From the NCBI RefSeq assembly GCF_004010195.1, contig NC_057758.1:5453758-5517757 (forward strand): a stretch of 64,000 nucleotides of DNA. Reading direction: 5' to 3'. Of this stretch, positions 12,380 to 26,299 are shown in pieces. This DNA comes from Chiloscyllium plagiosum (taxonomy: Eukaryota). Position 1 is the stretch's first letter. Every line of letters begins with the position of its first letter. The notes beneath the pieces are model-generated. The model saw nothing but the letters and a program-made list of their open reading frames with translations. It made no database searches and had not been told where the DNA came from. Position numbers and translations under genes: made by a program.

Positions 12380-15300
12380 CCTCGACATGTTGGCATTTAT
12401 TCCCCATTATGCCAAATTTCCTCAGCTGCCTGAGAGAAAACAGACTTTGTTGGGCCTTTGTAACCAGTAAGTCCACATGAAGAGTCCAAAATTAGGGATG
12501 ATTAATATCAGGAATGAGCTAACACAGCTTTCAGGATGCCAAATGCATTTTAACAGTCTGTTGTCCACTGAAACTTTGTACATTTCTTCATAAATTCCGT
12601 GATTGAAATTCCCAGACTACTAAAATTTGGTACGAATTTTCGATAAAACCTATTCAATTCTCGAGATCGTAGTACTGCTTTCTTTGTCGATTGAAACTGC
12701 CCAATAATATTTGTTTCAATATTTGTTCGGGCTATATGTCCATGTCCATTAATATAGCCCAGGAACATACCTTGGGCTTTGCAGAATTCACTATTCACTA
12801 TACTTATCAACAAACCTAACTCTCAAAGTTGATCAAATAATAACAACAAATTCTGAAAATGATCCTTACATTTCCGAGTAGAAATCAGCAGGTCATCGCT
12901 ATACACCACACAATTGGAAATTCCAGGAATTGCTTCATTGATGAATCTTTGAAATGTGACTTGTGTACTTTTCATACCACAAGGCATCACTTAAAATTGA
13001 TACAGAACACTTGACCTTACGCAAACCAACGTTTTCTTCACTCTTCCAGATAAGGTTATCTGCGTATCATCTGAGTAAGTCCAACTAAGAAATATTAGTT
13101 GCTTTTCCCATCCTACGAATGCAATGTTCCAAACGTGGATTCGGATCTGAATCAGACTTTGTAATCATGGATTTTGCGATAGCCCACAAATAACCATTGG
13201 ATACCAACTGGGTTTTCGCACCATTACTGTAGGTGAGCTCCAGTCTGCGCAAACCATTTTGATGTTGTTGTCTTGGAGAATATATTCAAGCATTTTGTTT
13301 TCAATCTGTGAGATTTTTAGAGTGTTAAGACTATTCGGATGTTTCTTATTTACAACAGCCTTTCCTATAACAAAATCATGTATAATTAAATTACTAATTT
13401 CCTGTGTATTTCCACGTACATCCCCATGCAATAGTGAAACTCTTTCAGATCATTTCAAATTTCCTCTGCAAGGTAACTCAATAATTTAACCCGAGTTTTG
13501 ATACTTTCCTCACTGTCCAATTTAATTTGCGGAATGCCAAATTCGGAACCGACTGAACTTGGCTCTGGACTCTGTTATGTTCAGTAAAACATATTCTTTT
13601 TCCGTTGCTTGCCCATCGAAATAACTTTTGAGCATGTTCACATGACACACTGGGAGATTTCGGTTTCTCTGGAGCCCATATCAAATATTTCACCTCACCC
13701 AATCTCCTTTCGACTTGATAAGGTCCACTAAAACTTGTTTTTAACTTTTCACCTATCACTGGAAGAAACACGAACACTTTATCTCCGTTAGCAAACTTGC
13801 GAGTTTTTGATTTTTTGTCTGCTTCCTGTTTCATGATATACTGTGATATTTTCAAATGCTGTCTCGCCAACTCCACAGCTCCAATTAACCATTCCCTAAA
13901 ATTGGCACATAGTCCAAATATGTGATTTCTGAATTCTAACTTACCAATACCTCCTTAATTAGTTTATTCATCCTCTTATCTCATGCCAAAAACGATTTGA
14001 AATGGACTGAATGTAGTCGATTCATTTGGTGTATCTGCAATGGCAAAAAGTAGAAACAGAATTCTTTTGTCCCAATCATCTGGCTAGTGTTGAGTACAAA
14101 CCTTTTACGTGGTGGTTCACGTCTTATGTCACCTTTCTCCCTGCTATTCTTGATAGTACGCAGTGGATTTGAATTGCTTTATTCCTAAACTGTCCAAATT
14201 TTTCCTGAATAATTGTCATGTAACTTCCGACACTTCATCAGATTAGAACTCTGTGGGTAGTCTGTATCTCATGAAATATTTGAGCAACTCTTCTACAATC
14301 CTTTTTGATGTGATATTATGCAATGTAATGCTCTCAGGAAATCTATTTAGCACATCCGTACTGATAACAAATACTGATTCCCACGTTTTGCTATACGTAA
14401 GGATCTTACACAATCAATTAAGACCGTTGTTAAATATTCTTCAAATGGGTATGACTGCGGGCATGGGGATATAAAAAGAAGCTGGCATTATTACTATTTG
14501 CGCTTTTCAAAAGTATGGCAAAGTCTCAGCTGCATTCTTCTGCCATCTAGGACAGTAGAAATATTTTTGTATTTGAGCTTGAGTTTCCTTATCTCAAAAT
14601 GAAATTCTACTGGCAATTCATGCGCTACCTTCTACACTTCCTTTCTGTAACCGACTGGTAATACAACTTGATGAATGTATGCTCATTTTTAATATGCCTG
14701 ATACCTGATGGTCTCCATTTTCTCATCAAGGCATCATTTTAAAACAGTAACATTCAGGGATACATTCAGATTATTTTTCGGTTCACACTTTTTCAGATAA
14801 TTGACTCAAATTTCCATCCTTCCTTTGCTTTAGTCAGTTAAATTCTCTCAGCTAAAGATATGCACTTTGTCATCCACAGGTTCATTTTTGTCTCAAACAT
14901 TTGATTGAACGTGGTGTCTGTCAATTTTGTTTCAACATTTTTAACTGTATTGTTTGATTTCCCCTCCTTTTTCAACTGGTGACTTTGTGACTTTTACCAC
15001 ACAGTCAGAATAAATCCCAAAGTATAATTTCTGCAATAAACCGGATGCCGAATTTTACACTTGGGTTTCAAAAACGAAAAACAACACTCCTCCTGTGACC
15101 AAGTTATATCATTACCAAGGATAAATTGTATTTCTGGTGTCAAGATTTTTTCCAGTACGCCTGCTACCAGTGCTCCATTTTTAACTGGACAATCCACCCT
15201 CATCGGACATAATGGAACACATTTTGTCTCACCATGAATTCAACATACTGTGACATTTTCAGACAATAATCATTCTGAGTTACATACCTCCGCATCTCGC

Positions 15301-15800
15301 AACGTGAAATGTTAACACAATGCCGGATCTCTTAATACTGTAACTTCTTTGTCTGTTATTCCTGACTTATGTGAGTTAACCTTACCTTCGCAAATAATTG
15401 GTTTTCGAAGATCTGGCACTTCCTCCTGACATCAAGTCGACGACTTTATTGCAGTGAAAACACCAGAGCTTTTTAACTTCAATTTCCCCGACATGGGTTT
15501 CCATCCCACTTAGTTGTAAGCTATCTTGAGTATCTTATCCGAAGTCTACTGTCCCCTTACCACGTGAGGATTTCTCTTTCCCCAAATCTCTGTTCCTCAC
15601 GGACTGATTTTGTTGTTGAAAGCCAAAATTTGATGAATGCCCATAATCACCTGCCATTTCACCTGCTAATCTTCGTTTTTGAACTTTTTGCTATTCCGCA
15701 TGAGTTGCCATTACCGCAGGAAGTGAATTTTCGAATTCTTCCAAAGTAATTATCTAATATCGTCATATGTTTGATCTATTTTATTGCCCTTGCCCATTTT
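12380..15800 (-). mobile_element. Ty3/Gypsy (Gmr1-type) remnant, copy 2: gag end, protease, integrase, RT, connection/RNase H start
   Basis: In minus-strand order: CFHCNK knuckle ~15450; FILGNDI ~15110; integrase with C-terminal FSGPY (ORF 13478-13876); RT WSSPTVMVRKP (ORF 13165-13431); VVYSDDLLI ~12890; FYRKFVPNFS..KFQWT (ORF 12550-12813). Confidence 0.88.
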
Positions 15801-16039
15801 GCAAAATTGTTTTGCTTCATCTTTGGAAATTATGTTGCTCCCGCAGTACTGACCCGCCCCCCCGCTCCCCGACAGTGCAGTGCTCCCTTATCACTCACTC
15901 TCTGACAGTGCAACTCTCCATCAAAACTAATATTCCAACAATGCAGTTACCCCACATCACTGCCACTTCCCCAACCCCAAAGATTTCTCAGCAGTTACCC
16001 TCCAAGTGAGAAACACTCCACCCATAATACACTTGGTGA

Positions 16040-16580
16040 GATCCTTTCCAGAAAGCTATGCGTGGTTGTTTCTTCCAGATCTGGAGAAGGATGTTATGGC
16101 AACTTAACCAGTACCACGAAGGGTTACCAGAATGATTCATTGTATGGCAGAACTGATAAATGAAGAGATGTTTGACTGGTTAGGACTCGGTTCACCGGCT
16201 TTCATAGGAATTATCAAACCGAATCTTATGAAATTTTATTGGGACACAGAAGAGGACAGGAAGTGTGTTACGAATGATGAACAGTCCAAAATCAGGAGGT
16301 CTGAGGATATTTGGCTTAGTATTTGGCAGTGAGACAATGAGAAATATTTTGACTAAGAATGTGGTCAGCCTGTGGAATTCTCTGTCAGAGAAAGCATTAG
16401 AAGCCGAAATATTAAACATATTTTTTAATTTAACAAAATGATTTAGGTAACCTATTTTAGGAGATTGAGATCAAAGGGCTGAGGTGAGATAGTAGGAAAA
16501 GGAGATGAGAAGGATTGATAGCCATGGTCTAATGGAATCTTGCAACTTCTGGAAGGTTTGAGTAGCCTCCTTCTGCCTAT
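16040..16580 (+). mobile_element. Highly decayed CR1/L2-type LINE 3' fragment
   Basis: Remnant motifs of the CR1 3' end (R.T.MI..., F...VVSLWNSL). Confidence 0.55.
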
Positions 16581-16699
16581 AGTTTCAATGTTTTTACATT
16601 TGTGGACAATGTTAATAGAAGTGGGAGATGATTGGCTTCAACGGACCGTGACTACATTCTTTGAACTTCCAGCCAGTGTAGAGTCTTCAAAGGATTTCC

Positions 16700-17850
16700 A
16701 CTGACCAGCAATGACAGACGTCACTCTGAGACACACACTGAACTTCCATGAAATGTGTTCAATCCCAACTCACCTCACCAGTGCAATTCTCTTCATCTTC
16801 AGACAACGTTTTCCAATTGCACGTGGATCTGATAACTCCGTCTGGATATCATCCGACCATCAATGACCTGTATCTGCATGGGATTAATGGCTTGGCCAAT
16901 GACATTTTGCATCTGTTTGTTAGGAAAGGTGAGCGGCGAAGTGAGAGATGGGAACTGATTTAAAGTGGTTATAATTTTTCTTTGCTTTAATCTGATCTGC
17001 CGCCACGCGATGTATTCCCGAGATTGTGTCACTGCCAGCGTTATTGTATAGGGTGCAAGGACTGTACTGAACCGATATAGGCACAAGTTTCAAGTATTAG
17101 ATTTAGGATACTGTGACAAAGATTGCCAATTGTCAATGTCTTCAGTGGTTTGCTGATCTCATTTGATATGAAGAAAATTGACTATAAATGTACCATTTTT
17201 AATATAAGCAAGTCAGAAGTCTCCGATGGATCACCCTCTGGACACTAACTACTGAACACTGTGCATGCAGCTTTATCCTGGGCTCCAGCGCTGATGTACC
17301 AGTCAGGAATATTGTCTGTGAGCTGCATGTTTGGCGAAATCTCACAACTGTTAATGGTTCATCTGATAGCATAAAAAGTCTCTTCAATGTGGATGGACTG
17401 CAAATACTTAATGGATGGCAACGATTGTGTGCTCACTTGATCACCTCCCTGGATGATCCCACTTCCGTGCAGCTTCAGCAGCAAGGTCCCACATCTTCAT
17501 GAATCCCGAGTGCATTGTTATAAATGTTGGGTCAGAAGTGCTTTTAATGTTGCTTAGAAATGACGGGGTTGAAACTGAAACTGCTCCCTTTCAAGTAAAG
17601 GTCAATAGCGGCCTCAGTGGTCTTATTATGTCACCAAATGCCTTCTCTATTTCTCTCAATAAGGATATAACTCCCAAACGTCTTGTCATTATGTTACAGG
17701 GAGATCTGAGTCACCTACTATACTGGCAGCATTCCGCAGCTCACGGCAGATGGCAAGGCCGATTGGTATGTCAAAGGTTTTTTTGGGAATCGATCATGAT
17801 CGCTGAACAACTATTTCTAATGTGGCAACATTGGAAAAACGTTTTGTTTC
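16700..17850 (-). mobile_element. Decayed RTE-like LINE fragments
   Basis: Minus-strand remnants resembling RTE ORF2 regions before and after RT; heavily degenerate. Confidence 0.4.
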
Positions 17851-19974
17851 TATGACCTTAACTGCATTTGTGAGAATCATAAATGGGTGCATTTAAATTT
17901 GTGGGTGTATTAGGTGTGTGACATGCTACAAAAATTAATGTCCCGTTCTTGCTATTACTGGGATCCTGGGTAAGTTTCTCAATCAGTGAGAAAACCGTGC
18001 TTCACTGCAAGAAAACACTTGTCATTTACAGTCGCATCTGACAGGGGTGAGTGTGCTTTCGGGAAGCATTTGAGTACAACTATGAAATGTCTGTGCTGTG
18101 GCCAGCATGCAGCCTGTNNNNNNNNNNNNNNNNNNNNNNNNNNNNNNNNNNNNNNNNNNNNNNNNNNNNNNNNNNNNNNNNNNNNNNNNNNNNNNNNNNN
18201 NNNNNNNNNNNNNNNNNNNNNNNNNNNNNNNNNNNNNNNNNNNNNNNNNNNNNNNNNNNNNNNNNNNNNNNNNNNNNNNNNNNNNNNNNNNNNNNNNNNN
18301 NNNNNNNNNNNNNNNNNNNNNNNNNNNNNNNNNNNNNNNNNNNNNNNNNNNNNNNNNNNNNNNNNNNNNNNNNNNNNNNNNNNNNNNNNNNNNNNNNNNN
18401 NNNNNNNNNNNNNNNNNNNNNNNNNNNNNNNNNNNNNNNNNNNNNNNNNNNNNNNNNNNNNNNNNNNNNNNNNNNNNNNNNNNNNNNNNNNNNNNNNNNN
18501 NNNNNNNNNNNNNNNNNNNNNNNNNNNNNNNNNNNNNNNNNNNNNNNNNNNNNNNNNNNNNNNNNNNNNNNNNNNNNNNNNNNNNNNNNNNNNNNNNNNN
18601 NNNNNNNNNNNNNNNNNNNNNNNNNNNNNNNNNNNNNNNNNNNNNNNNNNNNNNNNNNNNNNNNNNNNNNNNNNNNNNNNNNNNNNNNNNNNNNNNNNNN
18701 NNNNNNNNNNNNNNNNNNNNNNNNNNNNNNNNNNTGCAAGTGTTAATTTCTTCCGATCTCTTTCTCTCTTTCTCTCTCCCTCTGTCAGTCTTTATGGATT
18801 GCATTGCGTCCAATTCCCTTAAATAATTTTCACACTTACATTCACTTCTTTCTGGATTTTCTTATTTTTGATTAACTGTTCGCTTGAAGATACTGACTCT
18901 GTTCACAAATTGAATACTCTCATAATTTACTTGCTTCAACTACACATCGTCTGTGGATACGAAATTTCGTGACACGCAGCAATTTGTTGTTAATACAGTC
19001 TTATTATCAAGCCTGTAATACTCATACTGAAATTTGGAAGTTTAAAAATTTGAAAGCTCTACCTCGCAAAGTCTAATCGCTCACATCCGTCTGCATCTTT
19101 CTACCTGTTCATTATCTCTGGTTAATCCATGCTGTTTTCTTCCTCACTGTACCTTTCAGGGCTTTACAAATTGCTGGCAACGACGTCTCGTTTTTAACTT
19201 GCCTAATAAATCTTCTGTAACAATGTCCATATTCACCTCTTTTATCGCCAAACTCCTGTCGAAATCCCCAATTGAAACGTTGTTGGATTTTTCTGTTCTT
19301 TAATGCAATAGCACACTGGCCCACACACAAACATTCACATCATACTATCCTGGTCCATGCTTCAACTTCAGCTTCTTAGGTACATCAAACATCACAAGGT
19401 ACTTTCTGAATTGAATGCAAACTTTCCTGATTTGCACACGCCTGCAGTTAAAAGAACAGAGATTCAAAATTTTCATCTCAGTCAAATAATTTCCGACCCC
19501 TTGCTCCTTTTTCATTGCCTCACTCCCTTCCTCAGATTCCACTTTCTCGATAGTTATTTGAAAACTTCATTGGGTTTCTGAGCGAGAAATCCAGCCTTGC
19601 CATTCCCGAGTGCGCCACAAACGTTAATGATTTTTAAAGAATATACCCAGAATATCGTGCTTTTTAGATCCAAGGTGACAGACAAAACGGAGGAGGTTCA
19701 TGTTCCTGAAAAATGTACTTAATGGTAAATAGAATCTAATTACAGGAAAGCAATAATAAATCATTGGTTTAAAACTTTCAAATTAAAAGAAGAATTATCA
19801 TGTAAGCCGGACTGCTGCACACAGTCTCAGTCAGAAGAAACAAGCGTGGCTGTTGTGAACTATGAGAAAATTGGGAAAGCAATTCAGTAAATTCGGTTTA
19901 TCGGATCAGACGAGTTGGTTCTCGAGCTTCCTTTTTGGGATGATGTTTGTTTATTGGTTTACAAGTAGCACAGG

Positions 19975-20103
19975 CTTCCTGAAGAAGGGCTTATGCCCGA
20001 AACGTCGATTCTTCTTCTCCTTGGATGCTGCCTGACCTGCTGCGCTTTTCCAGCAACACATTTTTGAGCTCTGATCTCTAGCATCTGCAGTCCTCACTTT
20101 TTC
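19975..20103 (+). mobile_element. Short (~130 bp) Penelope-derived element carrying a minimal hammerhead ribozyme core, flanked by a 13-bp target-site duplication
   Basis: CAAGTAGCACAGG at 19962-19974 and 20104-20116; CTGAAGA-A-GGGC-TTAT-GCCC-GAAA-CG-TC at 19979-20006. Confidence 0.8.
19976..20010 (+). ncRNA. Minimal type I hammerhead ribozyme motif
   Basis: CUGANGA box, 4-bp stem II with tetraloop, GAAA box, palindromic ACGU stem III, GUC cleavage triplet. Stem I is weak. Confidence 0.65.
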
Positions 20104-20830
20104 CAAGTAGCACAGGATATCTGGCACCCCATTACTGACAGTCTCTGTTTAGTCATTGAACCTCACAACTCAGAGCATCGGCTACTAAGAAGATAAATTG
20201 TTTTAATTTGTTAAGGTGGGATGTAATGAAGGGATGGGTTGAGCTCCCCAGCTTCCGAGGTCTGATCATTTCGCTGGAGCTTATTCAGTGGGCCAAACTG
20301 TGCAGCTATGTTACAACTAATCATATAGTTACTGGTATCAGAAGGCAGATGTGATTGACAGCTGCTCCACAGAATATCCAGTTATTATTACAAACGAAAT
20401 CTTAACTCATAAACAGCTTACTAGCTCTAATTCACCTGCAAACACCACTTCTACTGGTGCAAAACAGCAACTGTATAGAGAATGATTCGAGTGAGCAACA
20501 GGTTAATTGCTTTCAAAGCATCAAATAATCCACTAGCAATCATAAATATTAAAACAGTTGTGTACCCTCCATGATCCTATACCGATGCCTCAATTATCCC
20601 TTCTCCCTAGAAATAAATATCTTGATTTTTCCAGTTCTTTTTTTCTCGGGGAAAATTCGACATATGTCACTTTCTACCTCGTGCCAATCTCAACATCTGT
20701 TAAACTGGCAATTATCTTCGATCCAATATTGAGGCACAATCCTATCATTTATAGGGAAAATGTTCTGTTGCTGAAGACTCTCCCACTGTACAATATTCAC
20801 GCTGCTCTACTTTATACTGTCACCCACTTG

Positions 20831-20955
20831 AGGAGAAAGTGAGGTCTGCAGATGCTGGAGATCAGGGCTGAAAATGTGTTGCTGGAAAAGCGCAGCAGGT
20901 CAGGCAGCATCCAGGGAACAGGAGAATCGACGTTTCGGGCATAAGCCCTGAAGAA
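20831..20955 (-). mobile_element. Second copy of the short Penelope-derived element; hammerhead core broken at the CUGANGA box
   Basis: Reverse complement of 19987-20100 with few mismatches (GACGTTTCGGGCATAAGCCC). Confidence 0.7.
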
Positions 20956-21341
20956 GCACTTTCATCACCACCCGTCTATCCGTGACTACACCCTCCGACA
21001 GTGTAGTCCTCCTTGAGGCAATCCTGTCTGGATGGCGTTCAATGAGCGCTGACTCTCCATACATGTGGGACTCCCTGAGCACTGACCATCCAAGAACATC
21101 CGCTCCTGAAGGACTGACCCGCCGACAATGCAGGGAACCCTCAACACCAAGCCCCAGATTGAACATTCCCCTCCTGCGTTAACAGATTGAAGTGCGATGG
21201 TCCCTCAATAGTGACGCTATGACAATAAGTGCCTCATATTGTACGGAACACGCGATGCTGTCTCAGCGCTTATACACTGACAACATCCTTTACCTTGTGT
21301 TTGACCATGTGGTGGCATCATTCTTCTTTAGGACTATCCCC

Positions 21342-24300
21342 GGGAATGCAGTGATCCCTCAGTACTGACCGAGATTATGAAACGTAGTTTTCTAAGTAAT
21401 TTCGAGCACTTTCTCATATTGGACAGAATTTGAAAATGATTGCTCCACAGAGATAAGTTTTAGGATCCTACCATTTTCTAATTAAAATAAACGATTTGGA
21501 GATGTGTGAGAGGGCAAAACTTTGAAATTTTGAAATGATAACGAGTAAGAGGCGAATAGTGAATTATGCCTATGCAGTTGAGAGACATTGTTAAGTTGTT
21601 CAAATAGGCAGAGATCTGGCGGTTGAATTTGAGTGCAGAGAAATGTGAGGTAATGTACTTTGCTGGAAGAAAGAGGGAGAGAACAAACTTGCTCAAAGTT
21701 ACAAATTTGAGGGCAGTGCAGGAACAGAGGGACCTCGGCGTTCATGGACATGCTGCTACAAAGATGGCCCAGCAATTTGGAACTGTTCGTATGACGGATT
21801 AAAATATCACTGCATTCCTTTCTCTCACTGTACGGATTGTTGTTTTGTTTCTCTCGGAGCACATGACGATTAGCTCAACCCTTATTTCTACCTGCTGATG
21901 AATGAGAAAAAAAAGCAGCAATTTAACTAAAGGAGTTCGGGGTAGTACTCAAGGTTAAGGCTGCTGACTAAATGCTCAGGGGGTATCTTCTGTTCCAATG
22001 ATCCTGCAATGCAGTGAGGCAGAAATTCAGGACCAGAGCTCAGAGTTTGATTCCACCCTCGCCAGTAATGGTGAGTGACATTTGGTGGGGCATCCACAAA
22101 TAACTTGAAAGAAGATGTTAACAAGGATTTATCATTTCTCTATTCACAACTGGCACAGTCAGTTGCCTGGTCCTTTAGCATGCTGAAGGTGGAGGCAGTG
22201 CCCACCGTAGCTGAGTTAAAATTAAACAATGAATCTTCTGTTTGTTCATGTAGTACCCACTCTCGAAGTCCTGTGTCTCACGTTTAAACTGGGCAGTGAT
22301 CGGTGTAGGCTGGTAATAACATTTATTTTGCTATTCATGTTATTGTAGGTCACAGAGGGCTTGCGTGCTGATAGACACAAGCAACTATGTATGACGGTAG
22401 TTGGTGAGAATATACTGCAATGTGAAAAAAGAATGCAAAGAATGCTGGAAAAAATACCTAAGATGGTCTGGCAGCGTCCCGGGTGAAAGAGAAACACGTC
22501 ACATTTCTAGTTCCATTTCTGAAGTAACTCTCACGAAAGACAGGTTAGCATGAAACGTGAATGCTGGTTTTATCTCTCTTGATCTCTCTCCATAGATTCT
22601 GCCAGAGGTGCCCTGTTTCTCCATTGGTGTTTCTTCAGATTTCCAAAATATTTACCGAAATATATCAAGCCAGTAGTCTATTGATATATGTAAGGAATGG
22701 ATGAAAATGGAAGGGATGGAGAAAGAATGAGCTTGATATTCCATAATGCGTGCCTACGTTATTAGGCTTTATTACATCACTGTCTGATATCTTTTCGTTT
22801 CATCAGCCCCACTGTACCTCTGAAATCGGTCGCTACCTGAAAGTACTTCTAGACATGTCTGGGAATGCAGTGATCCCTCAGTACTGACCGAGATTACGAA
22901 ATGCAGTTTCATAAGTAGCTTCGAGTACTTTATACACGACGTTTCTCATATTGGACAGAATTTGAAAATGATTGCTCCACAGAGATAAGTTTTAGGATCC
23001 TACCATTTTCTGATTAAAATAAACGATTTGGAGATGTGTGAGAGGGCAAAACTTTGAAATTTTGAAATGATAACGAGTAAGAGGCGAATAGTGAATTATG
23101 CCTATGCAGTTGAGAGACATTGTTAAGTTGTTCAAATAGGCAGAGATCTGGCGGATGAATTTGAGTGCAGAGAAATGTGAGGTAATGTACTTTGCTGGAA
23201 GAAAGATGGAGAGAACAAACTTGCTCAAAGTTACAAATTTGAGGGCAGTACAGGAACAGAGGGACCTCGGCGTTCATGGACATGCTGCTACAAAGATGGC
23301 CCAGCAATTTGGAACTGTTCGTATGACGGATTAAAATATCACTGCATTCCTTTCTCTCATTGTACGGATTGTTGTTTTGTTTCTCTCGGAGCACATGATG
23401 ATTAGCTCAACCCTTATTTCTACCGGCTGATGAATGAGAAAAAAAAGCAGCAATTTAACTAAAGGAGTTCGTGGTAGTACTCAATGTTAAGGCTGCTGAC
23501 TGAATGCTCAGGGGGTATCTTCTGTTCCAATGATCCTGCAATGCAGTGAGTCAGAAATTCAGGACCAGAGCTCAGAGTTTGATTCCCACCCTAGCCAGTA
23601 ATGGTGAGTGACATTTGGTGGGGCATACACAAATAACTTGAAAGAAGATGTTAACAAGGATTTATCATTTCTCTATTCACAACTGGCACAGTCAGTTGCC
23701 TGGTCCTTTAGCATGCTGAAGGTGGAGGCAGTGCCCACCGTAGCTGAGTTATAATTAAATATTGAATCTTCTGTTTGTTCATGTAGTACCCACTCTCGAA
23801 GTCCTGTGCCTCACATTTAAACTGGGCAGTGATCGGTGGAGGCTGGTAATAACATTTATTTTGCTATTCATGTTATTGATGGTCACAGAGGGCTTCGCTG
23901 CTGATAGACTCAAGCAACTATGTATGATGGTAGTTGGTGAGAATATACTGCAATGTGAAAAAAGAATGCAAAGAATGCTGGAAAAAATACCTAAGATGGT
24001 CTGGCAGCGTCCCGGGTGAAAGAGAAACACGTCACATTTCTAGTTCCATTTCTGAAGGAACTCTCACGAAAGACAGGTTCGCATGAAACGTGAACGCTGG
24101 TTTTATCTCTCTTGATCTCTCTCCATAGATTCTGCCAGAGCTGCCCTGTTTCTCCATTGGTGTTTCTTCAGATTTCCAAAATATTTACCAAAATATATCA
24201 AGCCAGTAGTCTATTGATATATGTAAGGAATGGATGAAAATGGAAGGGATGGAGAAAGAATGAGCTTGATATTCCATAATGCGTGCCTACGTTATTAGGC

Positions 24301-24393
24301 TTTATTACATCACTGTCTGATATCTTTTCGTTTCATCAGCCCCACTGTACCTCTGAAATCGGTCGCTACCTGAAAACACTTCGAGACATGTCT
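21342..24393. repeat. Tandem duplication of ~1.5 kb (21342-22860 and 22861-24393)
   Basis: Both copies start GGGAATGCAGTGATCCCTCAGTACTGACCGAGATTA and end AGACATGTCT; the ORF track shows near-identical ORF pairs (21482/23014, 22246/23779). Confidence 0.95.
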
Positions 24394-26299
24394 GCTCCTC
24401 AGGATCTGGAGCTCCTGAACATGATGGGAGCTTTCGTAAGTGGATTTGCTCTCAGCAGTCAAATTTCATGCTGAATTCCTCCTATCGTCGTTCCTGCTGT
24501 ATTTCAAACTACACTTGAAATGGCTCTGTGTTCTTGAGTTCAATTTCTGATTATTTATCATTGACTAGTCAAATTTATTTTCTGTATTTAATATGTGAGC
24601 AATAGCAGGACGTTTTGTATTTTTTTCTGTATCTGTCTATAAGACCGTTAGAGGCAGAGGGAGAATTAGGCCATTCAGCCGATCGTGTCTGCTCCAACAT
24701 TCAAATCGGTCGTGTTTGATCTGCTCATTCTTAACTCTAATTGCTTTCCTTTAGCCAAGATTCTTAGTGTACTTATTAATTGAAAGCCTAGTTAAATGAA
24801 CTAGCTGCATAGTCTTCCGTGGTAATGAACACTGCACTCACCTCTAACTGAAGAAATCCCTCCACATCTCTCTCTCAAATGAATGACTTCCTTACCCAAA
24901 GATGATACCCTCTTACCCAAACTGTCCTCAAAGGGGAAACAACCTCTGCACGTTTACATTGTCAAGTCCAGGAGGAATCTTGTGCGTTTCAATTAAGAGT
25001 CACTAAGAGTCTAAACTCCAATGACAACAGGCCGAAAACAAGTCAACCTCATCTCATTTGACAGTCCCTCTCTACCTGGGATCATCGCAAGTGAACCTTC
25101 TTTGTTCTGCCTCCATGCCAGTGTCTGGATGGCATGTACTTCATTGTTACGTGGCAGGGCTTTGGCCTCTACATAACGGGCGGCGGAGGAGAGTCAAGTT
25201 GAAGGAGAGTTCCCCACACTCTTGCCACTTCGTGTAGCTTAGTTCGCTCTGACTGACTGTTTCGAAAGTAAAGTACTGTGCATCATTGAAGGATGGATTC
25301 AAGATGAAGAATGGACGGTTATTAGGATTGACACTGCAGGCACAACTGGGAGGGGAAGGAAGGAGAATCATTCAAAGGAATCGAACTGGAATGCGGGCAC
25401 AAGTGGCCAATCGGCCTCTATATATGACACAACATTCTGTCATTCTAAATATAATTCTCTCTCTTATCCTATATCTATCCTCATACTGTGGCAGAGATAA
25501 CAGAAGCACCAGACTGAGAGCGTGCACAAAGAATTAGGTTGATGCAACGGGAAGTGTTCCTTCATCATGAAGTGCTTCCAACACTCGTGAGATCAGCAAG
25601 TGACCAGCAGGAAACTGTGCTTGCAGCGAAATGCATTCTCTCCTCGATTGTGTCGCTGCCAATGAGAGGCTAGAACTCAGTTTTCTGTATTGGTGTGAAT
25701 GAAACTCCTTGCATTCATCGGGATTTCTGTTCTATTGTCGTATCTCATGGAGAAACCCACATATTCACACAGCAACGAAAGATGCTCTTCAGCCCATCAG
25801 GCCCTTATTCTGAAATGATGACCATTCAGATTCTCCCACAAGTGAAAACAACGCCTCTACATGTACCTTGTCAAGTCTCCTAAGAGTCTTGCATTCTTCA
25901 ACAAGGCTTCATCTCATTTCCCTAAATTCTATTAAGCACAGGCCCAAACTAACTTCACCTCTACACTTTTACCCTTTCAAGTCCCTCAGAACCTTTCATG
26001 TTTCAATAAAGTGCCATTTTATTCTTTAAAACTGCAATGAGTTCAGGCCCAAACGCAACTCCTCTTCTTTAGAGGGGACAGAGATCCAACCGTGTGATCT
26101 GGTTGGTGCCCGACATGAGGTCGGAAGTGTTGGTGTTCGCCAATCATTTTACGATGTTCAGCACAATCCCTGACTCCTCAGTTACTGATGCAGTCCATAT
26201 TCAAAACAAAAAGATCTGCACCATACACGTGCTAGAGCTGACAGGTGGCAAGACAAAATCGTCCTGCACAAATGCCAGGTAATAAGCTCCTCCAATAAG

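Noticed and set aside
17986..18826. ORFs of 219-278 aa
   Set aside because: Almost entirely N-gap; the same applies to ORFs at 11.5, 32.2, 33.3 and 50.7 kb.
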